Part shown: positions 53,501-61,024 of the stretch, one piece after another | How the letters are laid out: each line of letters starts with the position of its first letter | Numbering within the stretch: position 1 is the stretch's first letter | Assembly: GCA_031363085.1 (NCBI GenBank) | Contig: JANLTU010000245.1 | Span: 8,500 to 72,499, forward strand | DNA: 64,000 nt | Direction: 5' to 3' | Source: Gammaproteobacteria bacterium | Lineage (GTDB): Bacteria > Pseudomonadota > Gammaproteobacteria > SG8-11 | The notes under the pieces: generated by a model | The model's input: the letters and a program-made list of their open reading frames with translations, nothing else | Databases searched by the model: none | Told to the model about the DNA's origin: nothing | Program-made: the position numbers and the translations under genes

Positions 53501-53603
53501 CCGCGCCATGGCCATCGGTGTCAACATGTACATGGGCAAGCCCTACCAGGACAAGGAACTGTTGGAAAACATCAACACGTTATTACATGCACGTGGACAC
53601 TGA
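47508..53603 (+). CDS. chpA: Chemosensory histidine kinase ChpA
   Basis: Multiple Hpt domains (FHTVKGS, LHTIKGG), HMLRNAVDHG, ISGRGVGMDVV, CheW domain and C-terminal REC. Confidence 0.95.
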   Translation: MASGSGIDIKALSWVKTEISEALDQVRQALETHVETPDPAKLDFIAAHLHQITGTLHIVELFGPALLAEEMEQLAQALKNMQIKQKQDAFEVLTRGILQLPAYLEHLSHGHQDRPVLLLALLNDLRAARGLPLLSENALFAPDLTVLPPPKTAPAGSTDVRALIKKLRSAYQVALVAVIRGNELPAQTKKLATVLAQLNGACHSATVRQLWWAAQGVVEAIIEHGLDTSVAVKTLLGQLDRQLKILVDQGEAALQKAPAKELVKNLLFYVAQATSHGARVTELKRAFKLDQLMPNAGALSQAQDELLGVGAGVMEHVAAALKEDLLQIKETVDLFVRTKDRPLSELEPVIAKLRTVADTLGMLGLGRLRQPVTEQENVLKSVLDGSQALTDDIIMGVAGALLFVESSLGDLHAVPPAGGTETAGIASDTALPDAEYRSLVGLTTQEARAVLASVKDAVLQFAALPTAFELLQPAAEHINNIKGALLILGYEQAADLLGRTGQFLATELLEKHAELSARSLDTLADVITGFEYFLESAADDPVGARNGLNTVRDGLALLGYAAEPVPEVTAPVHDMAMAAFVAPVAASTATTLPAPAAVQAHPATPAPQSDEPPPVDPEVLEIFLEEASEECINVATQLALWKKNPADENALRTLRRSFHTVKGSGRIVGAMEIGEFAWAVESMLNRVLDRTIDVTPAVYVVLEQARDLMPLLVEELRAGRKGKVATHPLIERAQRVAKGGSLDELAPLPAPELVNIEAAAVAEAAEDVILDADPDRPAPRHVDAVLAEIFVNETRTHLGAINAFIEQCSAPDAHCTLNEDLIRGLHTLHGSARMANIEEIADVADALEKWAKLLAENHDPVSADVLATLRNGCDFVTEVLRDLSDTHNTHARKLALLEHIAGLHRIAAEQQHERLQNVAVTPHEATQVQAALDASPDDEVDVELVNVFLLEATDLVGRSVAEAEVWVEVPQRDDYIDEIRRRFSTLHGGARIANLMPIATTCGAANTLLNQLLGNPALRRAEAVRLILRVLAWVNEALSCTREQRPLATPSELLDLLESYSANVPDTTISEPETQIPATDPDAELRGVFLDEAVEILHALDEVMPRWHSSLHDMAILTEVQRALHTIKGGANMARIAPMGDLCHQVETLLQRISEGLLPANGAAFDAVQAAHDWLARSVEILRQGANVEPSDALSRQIDAVMAAPVQVVVVEPEPEIEYEAMAAAVTEATPLPDVDERQAMPLPHPAEPVHAEVTDSDGDSDLLDVFLEEANEIVATMDDLIARWVADTSNTRVVGELQRALHTIKGGARMAKIAPIGNLSHSIESIFEGIAQGRVKANAALIDVMHTAYDWLSSALERVRDKVKLDSAEPLIQQIEVAVGLREAAPKPVEEVWMPETPVLPEAVRVVPAPMPVALDAGQPAQKAKVAEEQVRVALGLLDDLVNNAGEVSIYRSRIELQLNSVNFNLVELAQTVNRLREQLRKFEIEAEAQMLFRYEKSGVSDQEEFDPLELDRFSNMQQLSRSLVESVGDLGSIQKLLDNLTRESEILLLQQSRVATALQDGLMRTRLVQFSSVVPRMRRIVRQTSKELGKQIELHLLGAEGEMDRSVLNRLTPALEHMLRNAVDHGIEGPQLRKQAGKPEDGNITLKFWREGAEIVLSITDDGAGMDLAAIRSKALERGLMDQNSELTDNEITQFVLEAGFSTAKQITQISGRGVGMDVVNNQIKQLNGTLQISTTPRQGTTFIVRLPLTVSVNQALMVHVGEQTYAIPLTVIDGVVRAGREELEKLQRDEHVRYEYGGHSYKFFHLGTVLNISQPQLPDSGVKIPLILARAGDHRVALHVEAIVARQEVVIKSVGPQVATVIGISGATIMNDGGVALILDLASLIRAGIAHTKREHAQAPLVARVSSIMIVDDSITVRKVTERLMTRNGFETVTAKDGVDALAKLQEYLPDVMLLDIEMPRMDGYELATAMRNDVRLKHIPIIMITSRTGDKHRDRAMAIGVNMYMGKPYQDKELLENINTLLHARGH

Positions 53604-54669
53604 TTCGAGCGCTCCGCTGCGCGTTGCGATTCTGTATACCTCGGAAAAGCGCATGTCGGATCTTGCCCGGGTGTTGGCCAAGCATGACCTCGTGGTGGTT
53701 GGCCGCCATCCGGTTGGCTCGGTGACATTGGAGCAGGTGAATGCGGTGCGGGCCGATGTGATTCTGGTCGACCTCGACGAGTCTGCTGACCAGGTTCTTG
53801 ACATATTGCAGAATCTGCTCGAAAACGCGCAATTGCCCATCGTATTCAATGACAGTGCGACCACCGAGCTGTCGCTCAATTTGGCCAATCCAGAATGGGG
53901 TCGAAGATTGACCGTTAAGTTGTGGTCGATCACCCGGCGCCGGCGCCCGCCGCCCAAGAAGGTCACCCCACTGGCGCTCAAAGTGCCGCCCAAACCGGCC
54001 GCACCGCTGGTCAAAAGCCTGCCGATCAAACCGGCGCGCGAGCTGCCGGCGGAAGATGCGATGTCTGGCTACCACCTGTTGCAGCACTTGTGTGTGCTGG
54101 GTGCGTCGTTGGGCGGCCCGTTGGCGGTGCGCGAATTTCTCGGCAAATTGCCGGGTGACTTGCCGGTCGCGTTTGTCTTGGTGCAACACATCGGCGCCAG
54201 CCATCTGGATTTGCTGGCCGAGCAACTGGATCGCGTCACGCCCCTGAATGTATTCGTTGCCAAAGCCGGGCAGATGTTGAAACACCAGGACGTCGTGTTG
54301 GCACCGGTGAACGAACGCATCTTGGTGGATAGCCTTGGCCGTGTGGTACTCATGGAGAAACAAGAGTACTCAATCTACAGTCCCAGCATCGACCTCGTGA
54401 TGCAAGACATGGCGCAACGTTACGGTAAATCTTGCGGCGCGATCATATTCAGCGGCATGGGTAACGATGGCGAGCTGGGCTGTCACGCGATCGCGGCAGC
54501 CGGCGGCGAAATATGGGCCCAAGATGCCGAGAGTTGTGTGATCAGCAGCATGCCGGACAACGCGCGCAAAACCGGTCATGTAAGCTTCAGCGGTACGCCG
54601 GAAGAGCTTGCCAGTGCGTTGGTTAATCGATTCAAAGACAAAATGTCAAAACCTGTTAAAGATAATTAA
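53587..54669 (+). CDS. chpB: CheB-type methylesterase ChpB
   Basis: GASLGG, VQHI, SGMGNDG catalytic motifs; degenerate N-terminal REC; start reset to ATG 53587. Confidence 0.88.
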   Translation: MHVDTDSSAPLRVAILYTSEKRMSDLARVLAKHDLVVVGRHPVGSVTLEQVNAVRADVILVDLDESADQVLDILQNLLENAQLPIVFNDSATTELSLNLANPEWGRRLTVKLWSITRRRRPPPKKVTPLALKVPPKPAAPLVKSLPIKPARELPAEDAMSGYHLLQHLCVLGASLGGPLAVREFLGKLPGDLPVAFVLVQHIGASHLDLLAEQLDRVTPLNVFVAKAGQMLKHQDVVLAPVNERILVDSLGRVVLMEKQEYSIYSPSIDLVMQDMAQRYGKSCGAIIFSGMGNDGELGCHAIAAAGGEIWAQDAESCVISSMPDNARKTGHVSFSGTPEELASALVNRFKDKMSKPVKDN

Positions 54670-54700
54670 TTTTGAAATTGCATGCAATGGAGCGATGATC

Positions 54701-55177
54701 ATGTCGAACGAACGCACGGTAATTCACAGCCAGCTTATTGCACTGCAGAACCAGAATTTTCTGTTGCCCAACACCGTGATTGCCGAGATCGTCCACTATG
54801 CCGCACCCCAGGCTGCGGATAATTCCCCCGGCTGGTTATTGGGTACGATGGTGTGGCGAGGATTGCGTATTCCAGTCGTGTCTTACGAGCGCGCCGTAGG
54901 CGAAGCAGCCACGAACTATGACAGCAACGCGCGCATTGCGGTGCTTAATGGCGTGCACAGCGGCACAGCCTTGGAATTTTATGCGGTGGTGATTCGCAAT
55001 AACCCGCGCTTGCTGAAAGTAAAGCGCGACGACCTGCGTAAAGAAAGCGGGGCCGAGCGCGACAAATTTCAGTTGCAACAAGTTAATGTGAATAATATTA
55101 CTGCGATTATTCCCGACCTCGCCGCGCTTGAGCAGTTGATCTGCAGCGCGAGCATTCAAACCGAGCGAGTTCACTGA
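54701..55177 (+). CDS. chpC: CheW-like protein ChpC
   Basis: LLPNTVIAEI, WLLG...WRG..IPVVSYE, RIAVLN; GGAG RBS. Confidence 0.88.
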   Translation: MSNERTVIHSQLIALQNQNFLLPNTVIAEIVHYAAPQAADNSPGWLLGTMVWRGLRIPVVSYERAVGEAATNYDSNARIAVLNGVHSGTALEFYAVVIRNNPRLLKVKRDDLRKESGAERDKFQLQQVNVNNITAIIPDLAALEQLICSASIQTERVH

Positions 55178-56517
55178 GTCGCGTGTTCAATCGCCGCACT
55201 CGCCACGTGCGCCAACAGTGCAATTTCTTCCGGTGTGATCACGTACGGCGGCATGAAATAAATCACGTCGCCCAGCGGCCGCAACAGCACACCGGCACGC
55301 AGCGCGTACTCATAAACGCGCCGTCCCCGGCGTTCTTGCCACGGAAACGGTGTGCGCGTGGCCTTGTCCTTCACCAACTCAAGTGCCAGGATCATGCCGG
55401 TTTGCCGCACTTCGGCAACGTGTGGGTGATCGTTGAGATGCGCGGTGGCGGTGCGCATGACACGCGCCAGCTCGCGATTATTGTCGAGCACAGGCTCGTC
55501 ATGAAAAATCTGCAACGTTGCCAACGCCGCTGCACACGCCAGCGGGTTGCCGGTGTAACTGTGCGAATGCAGAAACGCACTGAGCTTGTGGTAGTCGTCG
55601 TAGAACGCTGCGTAGATCGCCTCGCCGCACAGCACCACCGACAACGGTAAAAAGCCACCGGTCAAACCTTTCGACAAACACAAAAAATCCGGCGTGATCG
55701 CCGCCTGTTCGCACGCGAACAAGGTGCCGGTGCGGCCGAAGCCCACGGCGATTTCATCAGCGATCAACAACACGCTGTGGGCGTCGCAGGCGCGGCGCAG
55801 CAGTTGCAGATACAGCGGTGCATACATGCGCATGCCGCCGGCGCACTGCACCAGCGGCTCGATGATCACCGCGCACACTTCATGCGCATGTTGTTCCAGG
55901 GCACGCTGCATGTGCGCGAACATGCGTTGCGCGCAGTCGCTGGCGCTTTCGCCGGGCGCGCGCTGATAGGCGTCGGGTGTTGGCACGGTGATGGCCTGCA
56001 TCAGCAACGGCGCGTAGGTTTGCTTGTACAGCGCCACATCGCCGACCGCGAGCGCACCCAGAGTTTCGCCGTGATAGCTGTTGCTCAGCGTGATGAATCT
56101 GCTCTTGGCGGGTTGCCCGCGATTACGCCAGTAGTGGTAGCTCATCTTGAGCGCGACCTCGACCGCTGACGAACCGTTGTCGGCGTAGAAGCAGCGCGTC
56201 AAGCCAGGGGGCGCAATCTTGACCAATTGCTCGGAAAGTTCAATGACGGGAGCATGGGTAAAGCCCGCCAACAACACATGTTCAAGCTGGTCCAGTTGCG
56301 CATGCAACGCGGCCTGGATGCGCGGCTGCGCATGGCCGAACAAATTCACCCACCAGGAGCTGATCGCATCGAGGTATCGCTTGCCCTCAAAATCCTCCAA
56401 CCATACGCCGTGCCCGCTGCGGATCGGGATCAGCGGCAGGGTCTCGTGATCTTTCATTTGCGTGCAGGGATGCCAGACCACGGCAAGGTCGCGTGCTATC
56501 CATTCCGAATTATTCAT
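55171..56517 (-). CDS. bioA: Adenosylmethionine-8-amino-7-oxononanoate aminotransferase
   Basis: VWHPCTQM, DAISSWWVN, YHGET, IADEIAVGFGRTG, SKGLTGG, YFMPPY. Confidence 0.96.
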   Translation of the reverse strand: MNNSEWIARDLAVVWHPCTQMKDHETLPLIPIRSGHGVWLEDFEGKRYLDAISSWWVNLFGHAQPRIQAALHAQLDQLEHVLLAGFTHAPVIELSEQLVKIAPPGLTRCFYADNGSSAVEVALKMSYHYWRNRGQPAKSRFITLSNSYHGETLGALAVGDVALYKQTYAPLLMQAITVPTPDAYQRAPGESASDCAQRMFAHMQRALEQHAHEVCAVIIEPLVQCAGGMRMYAPLYLQLLRRACDAHSVLLIADEIAVGFGRTGTLFACEQAAITPDFLCLSKGLTGGFLPLSVVLCGEAIYAAFYDDYHKLSAFLHSHSYTGNPLACAAALATLQIFHDEPVLDNNRELARVMRTATAHLNDHPHVAEVRQTGMILALELVKDKATRTPFPWQERRGRRVYEYALRAGVLLRPLGDVIYFMPPYVITPEEIALLAHVASAAIEHATQ

Positions 56518-56714
56518 GACAGGGCACCTTTGTGGGGAAAAAACTAATTGTAGAGCGCTTAACTCACAGCGACGTTCGCCGATATAACAAGCATCCGCCA
56601 TAACCGCAAACATTTATTTTTGTCGCATACAGGCACTTTTGATTGCCCAGGCAGTGATTCCGGAAGCAGAGCCTCGCGCGTTCATGAGACGGATATTTTT
56701 TAGGAACGTCATGC

Positions 56715-58439
56715 ATGACACGTCGTGATTTTATAAAAATGTTAGCCGCCGCCAGTGCGTCCGGATTGGTATTGCCGTATCACGGCTACGCAGGCTCGGG
56801 CTCCCTGCCCGAGCTTTACGACCCACCGCCGTTTGGCCAGCTCACGCTCATGCACATGACCGATTGCCACGCGCAATTGGTGCCGAGCCATTTTCGCGAG
56901 CCGTCGATCAACCTTGGTGTGGGTGCGGCACGCGGTCGCTTGCCGCACGTGGTGGGCGCCAAGCTCCTTAAGTCGATGGGCTTAAAGTCCGGCAGTCTCT
57001 CTGCGCACGCATTTTCGCATATTGGGTTTGCCGAGCTTGCAAAGGTGTACGGTAAGTCCGGTGGTTTTGCGCACCTTGCCACGCTCGTGAAACATCTGCG
57101 CGCCACCCGCCCCGGACGTACTTTGCTGCTCGACGGTGGCGACACCTGGCAAGGCTCGGCCACCGCGTTGTGGACCAATGGCCAGGACATGATCGATGCC
57201 ACCAAGTTGCTGGGTGTCGACATTATGACCGGGCACTGGGAATTCACCTACGGCGCAGCGCGGGTGAAGCACGTCATCGAAAAGGATTTTAAAGGCAGCA
57301 TCGAATTCGTCGCACAGAATGTCGTCGACAAAGCCTTCGGCGATCCGGTTTTCAAACCTTACGCCTTGCGCACTCTCAACGGTATCCGCGTTGGCGTGAT
57401 TGGCCAGGCATTTCCCTACACGCCGGTCGCCAATCCCGGCTACTTGATTCCTGACTGGACGTTTGGCATCCAGGAAGAGCGCATGCAAAAAATGGCTGAT
57501 GAGGTGCGTGCCAAAGGCGCGCAGATCGTTGTGCTGCTGTCCCACGACGGCATGGATGTGGATTTAAAAATCGCCTCGCGCGTGACCGGTATTGACTTGA
57601 TCATGGGCGGCCACACGCATGACGCCTTGATCAACCCGCAGGTAGTGAGCAATGCCAAGGGAAAAACCTTGGTGATGAATTCCGGATGCAACGGAAAATT
57701 TCTGTCGCTGCTGGACCTCGAAGTTAAAGAGGGCAAGATCAAAGACTACCAATATCGGCTATTACCGATATTTTCCAATCTGCTTCCACCCGACCAAGAC
57801 ATGGCGGCGTACATCGCAAAAGTACGAGCGCCGTTCACCGCAAAACTGGATGAGAAGCTGGCGGTCACCGAAGAGCTGTTATATCGGCGCGGCAATTTTA
57901 ACGGCACGTCGGATCAGTTGATTGTGGATGCCTTGTGCGAAATCAAAGGGACCGATTTTGCATTCTCGCCGGGTTTTCGCTGGGGCACGACTTTGTTGCC
58001 CGGCGACGCCATCACCATGGAACACCTGATGAATCTCACCGCAATCACTTACCCGACGGTGACGACACTCGAACGCAGCGGCGAAGAGCTGAAATTCATG
58101 CTGGAAAACATCGCCGACAATCTGTTCAACAAAGATCCCTACTTGCAGCAAGGCGGCGACATGGTGCGCACCGGCGCGCTGCGTTATGTGATCGACCCGA
58201 ATCAAGAGATGGGCCGGCGCATTTTGCGTATGGAAAACGGTAAGGGCAAGCTGATCGAGGCTAATAAAAAATACACCATCGCCACCTGGGGCGGCGTCGG
58301 GCAACCCGCCGAGGGGACGCCGGTCTGGGATGTAGTGGCAGAATATTTACGGCATCATAAAACAGTCAAGATCAAGCGCCCTAACTTGCCCAAGGTCGTC
58401 AATATCAAAGACAATCCCGGCATCGACATCGCTGTGTAG
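56715..58439 (+). CDS. soxB: Thiosulfohydrolase SoxB
   Basis: Tat signal TRRDFIK; TDCHAQL..REPS, DGGDTWQGS, GHWEF, IGQAFPY, RRGNFNG, SPGFRWG, QQGGDMVR. Confidence 0.93.
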   Translation: MTRRDFIKMLAAASASGLVLPYHGYAGSGSLPELYDPPPFGQLTLMHMTDCHAQLVPSHFREPSINLGVGAARGRLPHVVGAKLLKSMGLKSGSLSAHAFSHIGFAELAKVYGKSGGFAHLATLVKHLRATRPGRTLLLDGGDTWQGSATALWTNGQDMIDATKLLGVDIMTGHWEFTYGAARVKHVIEKDFKGSIEFVAQNVVDKAFGDPVFKPYALRTLNGIRVGVIGQAFPYTPVANPGYLIPDWTFGIQEERMQKMADEVRAKGAQIVVLLSHDGMDVDLKIASRVTGIDLIMGGHTHDALINPQVVSNAKGKTLVMNSGCNGKFLSLLDLEVKEGKIKDYQYRLLPIFSNLLPPDQDMAAYIAKVRAPFTAKLDEKLAVTEELLYRRGNFNGTSDQLIVDALCEIKGTDFAFSPGFRWGTTLLPGDAITMEHLMNLTAITYPTVTTLERSGEELKFMLENIADNLFNKDPYLQQGGDMVRTGALRYVIDPNQEMGRRILRMENGKGKLIEANKKYTIATWGGVGQPAEGTPVWDVVAEYLRHHKTVKIKRPNLPKVVNIKDNPGIDIAV

Positions 58440-58451
58440 GCCATACCAAGA

Positions 58452-60539
58452 TCATACCTTGCCGTACGCCATGGCGTTGCCCACCCAGCGCGCAACCAGT
58501 CCGTCGACGTAGTGTGGATGCTGCTCCAGCAGCACCTGCGCCGCGTGTGCAACCTGTGGGATCAGCGCTTGATCGCGCTGCAAATCGGCGATGCGCAAAG
58601 CCGTCAAGCCGGTCTGCTTTGTGCCCAGCACTTCGCCCGGCCCGCGTTGTTCCAGATCGCGGCGCGCGATTTCAAAACCGTCGTTGGTGTCCCGCAACGC
58701 CGCCAAACGCAGTCGCGCCGGTTGCGACAGCGGCGCACGGTATAGCAGCACACAGGCACTGGCGGTGGCGCCGCGCCCGACGCGTCCGCGCAGTTGGTGC
58801 AACTGCGCCAGACCCAGGCGTTCAGCATTTTCAACGATAATCAGGCTGGCATTGGGCACATCCACACCTACTTCAATGACGGTGGTCGCGACCAGCACGT
58901 GCAACTCGCGCGCGTGAAAGCGCGCCATCACCTGCTCTTTTTCCGCCGCCTTCATCCGGCCGTGGATCAGTCCAATTTGCAGCTCGGCCAGCGCGGCTTG
59001 CAATTGCAACGCGGTGTCTTGCGCCGCCTGCGCCTGCAAGGTTTCGGATTCTTCGATCAGCGTACAGACCCAATACGCCTGACGGCCGGCAACGCAGGCG
59101 GTGCGGATGCGTTGCACGACTTCATCGCGGCGCGTGTCCGGCACCACCACGGTGTCGACCGGGGTGCGGCCCGGCGGCAGCTCGTCGATGACGGAACAGT
59201 CAAGATCGGCGTAGACGGTCATGGCGAGCGTGCGCGGAATCGGCGTGGCCGTCATGATGAGTTGGTGCGGATGTGCGCCGTCGTGCTGGCCTTTTTCGCG
59301 CAACGCCAAACGTTGGTGCACGCCGAAACGATGTTGCTCGTCGACGATCACCAAACCGAGTTTGGCGAACACCACCTGCTCTTGAAATAGGGCATGCGTG
59401 CCAATCACCACGCGTGCCGTGCCGTCGGCGATACGCTCCAGCGTGGCGCGACGCTGCTGGGTCTTGACTTTTCCGGATAGCCACGCGATTTCGACCTGCA
59501 ATGGCGCCAGCCAGCGGGTAAAGTTCTTGAAGTGCTGCTCCGCCAGCAACTCGGTGGGCATCATGAATGCCGCTTGATAACCGGCCTCAACCGCGTGCAA
59601 CGCAGCGTGCGCCGCAACAATGGTTTTGCCGCAACCCACGTCGCCTTGCACCAGGCGTTGCATCGGCTGGTTGCGCATCAGATCGGCGCTGATGTCCGCG
59701 ATGGTACGGCGTTGCGCGCCGGTCAATGCAAACGGCAGACTGTCGATAAATTGTCGAGTCATGCCGCTATTGGGCAGCAAGGCGGGCGCGCGGTGGCGTT
59801 GCGCCGCTTCGCGCAGGCGTCGCAACGCCAAATGCTGCGCGAGCAATTCCTCGAAAATCAGCCGCTGCTGCGCCGGATGCTGCTTGGTTTCAAGCAAAGC
59901 CTGATCGGCGTTCGGCGGCGGCCGATGCACGAACGGAATCACCTCGGCCAAATACGGCAGCCGAAATTGTCGCAGCAACGCATCGGGTAACGAATCGGCG
60001 CGTTGTGCGGCATGTTGCTGCCACCATTGCAACGCGTGTGCGGTCAGCCGTCGCAGACCGTGCTGGTTTAAACCTTCGGTGGCAGGATAAATTGGCGTGA
60101 GATAGGCTTCGGCCGGTGCTGGCGTATCGGCACTGACGACACGATATTCGGGGTGAATCATTTCCAGCGTGTGATCACGACCGCGCGCCTCGCCGTAACA
60201 GCGCACCCGTGCTCCGCGCGCCAAGGCTTCTTTTTGTTGCGCGTTGAAATGATAAAACCGCAGGGTGACGGAACCGGTGCCGTCCGCGATGCGCGACAGC
60301 AGCGTGGAGCGTTTGCCGAGTTTAACCTCGGTGAGTAACACCTCGCCCTCAATCACCGCGTCGTCCCCGGCGCGCAAACTGCCGATTGGTACGACACGGG
60401 TGCGGTCTTGATAACGCAGTGGAAGATGCAGCAACAAATCGTCGATGGAATGAATGCCCAGGCGCGCGAGTTTTTCGAGCACGCGTGGGCCGACGCCTTT
60501 GAGACGGCGTACGGAATTTTGCTCGGCTTCCGTACGCAT
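58452..60539 (-). CDS. recG: ATP-dependent DNA helicase RecG
   Basis: QGDVGCGKT, DEQHRFGV, MTATPIPR, QLHQLRGRVGRG; start reset to ATG 60539. Confidence 0.97.
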   Translation of the reverse strand: MRTEAEQNSVRRLKGVGPRVLEKLARLGIHSIDDLLLHLPLRYQDRTRVVPIGSLRAGDDAVIEGEVLLTEVKLGKRSTLLSRIADGTGSVTLRFYHFNAQQKEALARGARVRCYGEARGRDHTLEMIHPEYRVVSADTPAPAEAYLTPIYPATEGLNQHGLRRLTAHALQWWQQHAAQRADSLPDALLRQFRLPYLAEVIPFVHRPPPNADQALLETKQHPAQQRLIFEELLAQHLALRRLREAAQRHRAPALLPNSGMTRQFIDSLPFALTGAQRRTIADISADLMRNQPMQRLVQGDVGCGKTIVAAHAALHAVEAGYQAAFMMPTELLAEQHFKNFTRWLAPLQVEIAWLSGKVKTQQRRATLERIADGTARVVIGTHALFQEQVVFAKLGLVIVDEQHRFGVHQRLALREKGQHDGAHPHQLIMTATPIPRTLAMTVYADLDCSVIDELPPGRTPVDTVVVPDTRRDEVVQRIRTACVAGRQAYWVCTLIEESETLQAQAAQDTALQLQAALAELQIGLIHGRMKAAEKEQVMARFHARELHVLVATTVIEVGVDVPNASLIIVENAERLGLAQLHQLRGRVGRGATASACVLLYRAPLSQPARLRLAALRDTNDGFEIARRDLEQRGPGEVLGTKQTGLTALRIADLQRDQALIPQVAHAAQVLLEQHPHYVDGLVARWVGNAMAYGKV

Positions 60540-60549
60540 CGGCTTGGCA

Positions 60550-60936
60550 TTATTTGCCGAGATGCAACACCCCGTCGATTTCAACACGCGCACCGCGCGG
60601 CAACGCGGCGACACCCACAGCGGCGCGCGCCGGATAAGGAGTTTGCAGATACTGCCCCATGACTTCATTGACCACCGGAAAATCTTTCAGGTCGGTCAGA
60701 TAGACATTCAGTTTGACGGCGTCTTGCAGCGTGCCGCCGGCGGCTTGCGCAACCGCACGCAGATTTTCAAACACTTGGCGGATCTGCGCCGCGATGTCGC
60801 CTGCAACCAACTCCATGGTCTGCGGCAGCAACGGAATCTGGCCGGAAAGATATACCGTGTCGCCGATCTTGATCGCCTGCGAATAGGTGCCGATGGCCTT
60901 GGGTGCGCGCTCGGTATGGATGATTTCACGTGACAT
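60550..60936 (-). CDS. ridA: RidA family enamine/imine deaminase
   Basis: [25 protein letters not shown]. Confidence 0.93.
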   Translation of the reverse strand: MSREIIHTERAPKAIGTYSQAIKIGDTVYLSGQIPLLPQTMELVAGDIAAQIRQVFENLRAVAQAAGGTLQDAVKLNVYLTDLKDFPVVNEVMGQYLQTPYPARAAVGVAALPRGARVEIDGVLHLGK

Positions 60937-60952
60937 AGGAAGCCTCGACGGA

Positions 60953-61012
60953 AAAATTAAATGCTTAATGGTGAATTGCAGTGTGCGCGTAGCGCACGCC
61001 TAAATTGACCAT
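60953..61012. repeat. Heptamer-armed hairpin, copy 2 (shorter)
   Basis: AATGCTT AATGGTG AATT..GTGTGCGC-GTA-GCGCAC..AATTGACCAT; shares AATGCTTAATGGT and the core stem with 37663-37769. Confidence 0.7.
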
Positions 61013-61024
61013 GGTCCTTTCCGA

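Noticed and set aside
60922-60937. parS-like GATTTCACGTGACATA
   Set aside because: Four mismatches to consensus, far from oriC, and explained by the ridA start codons (MSREI).
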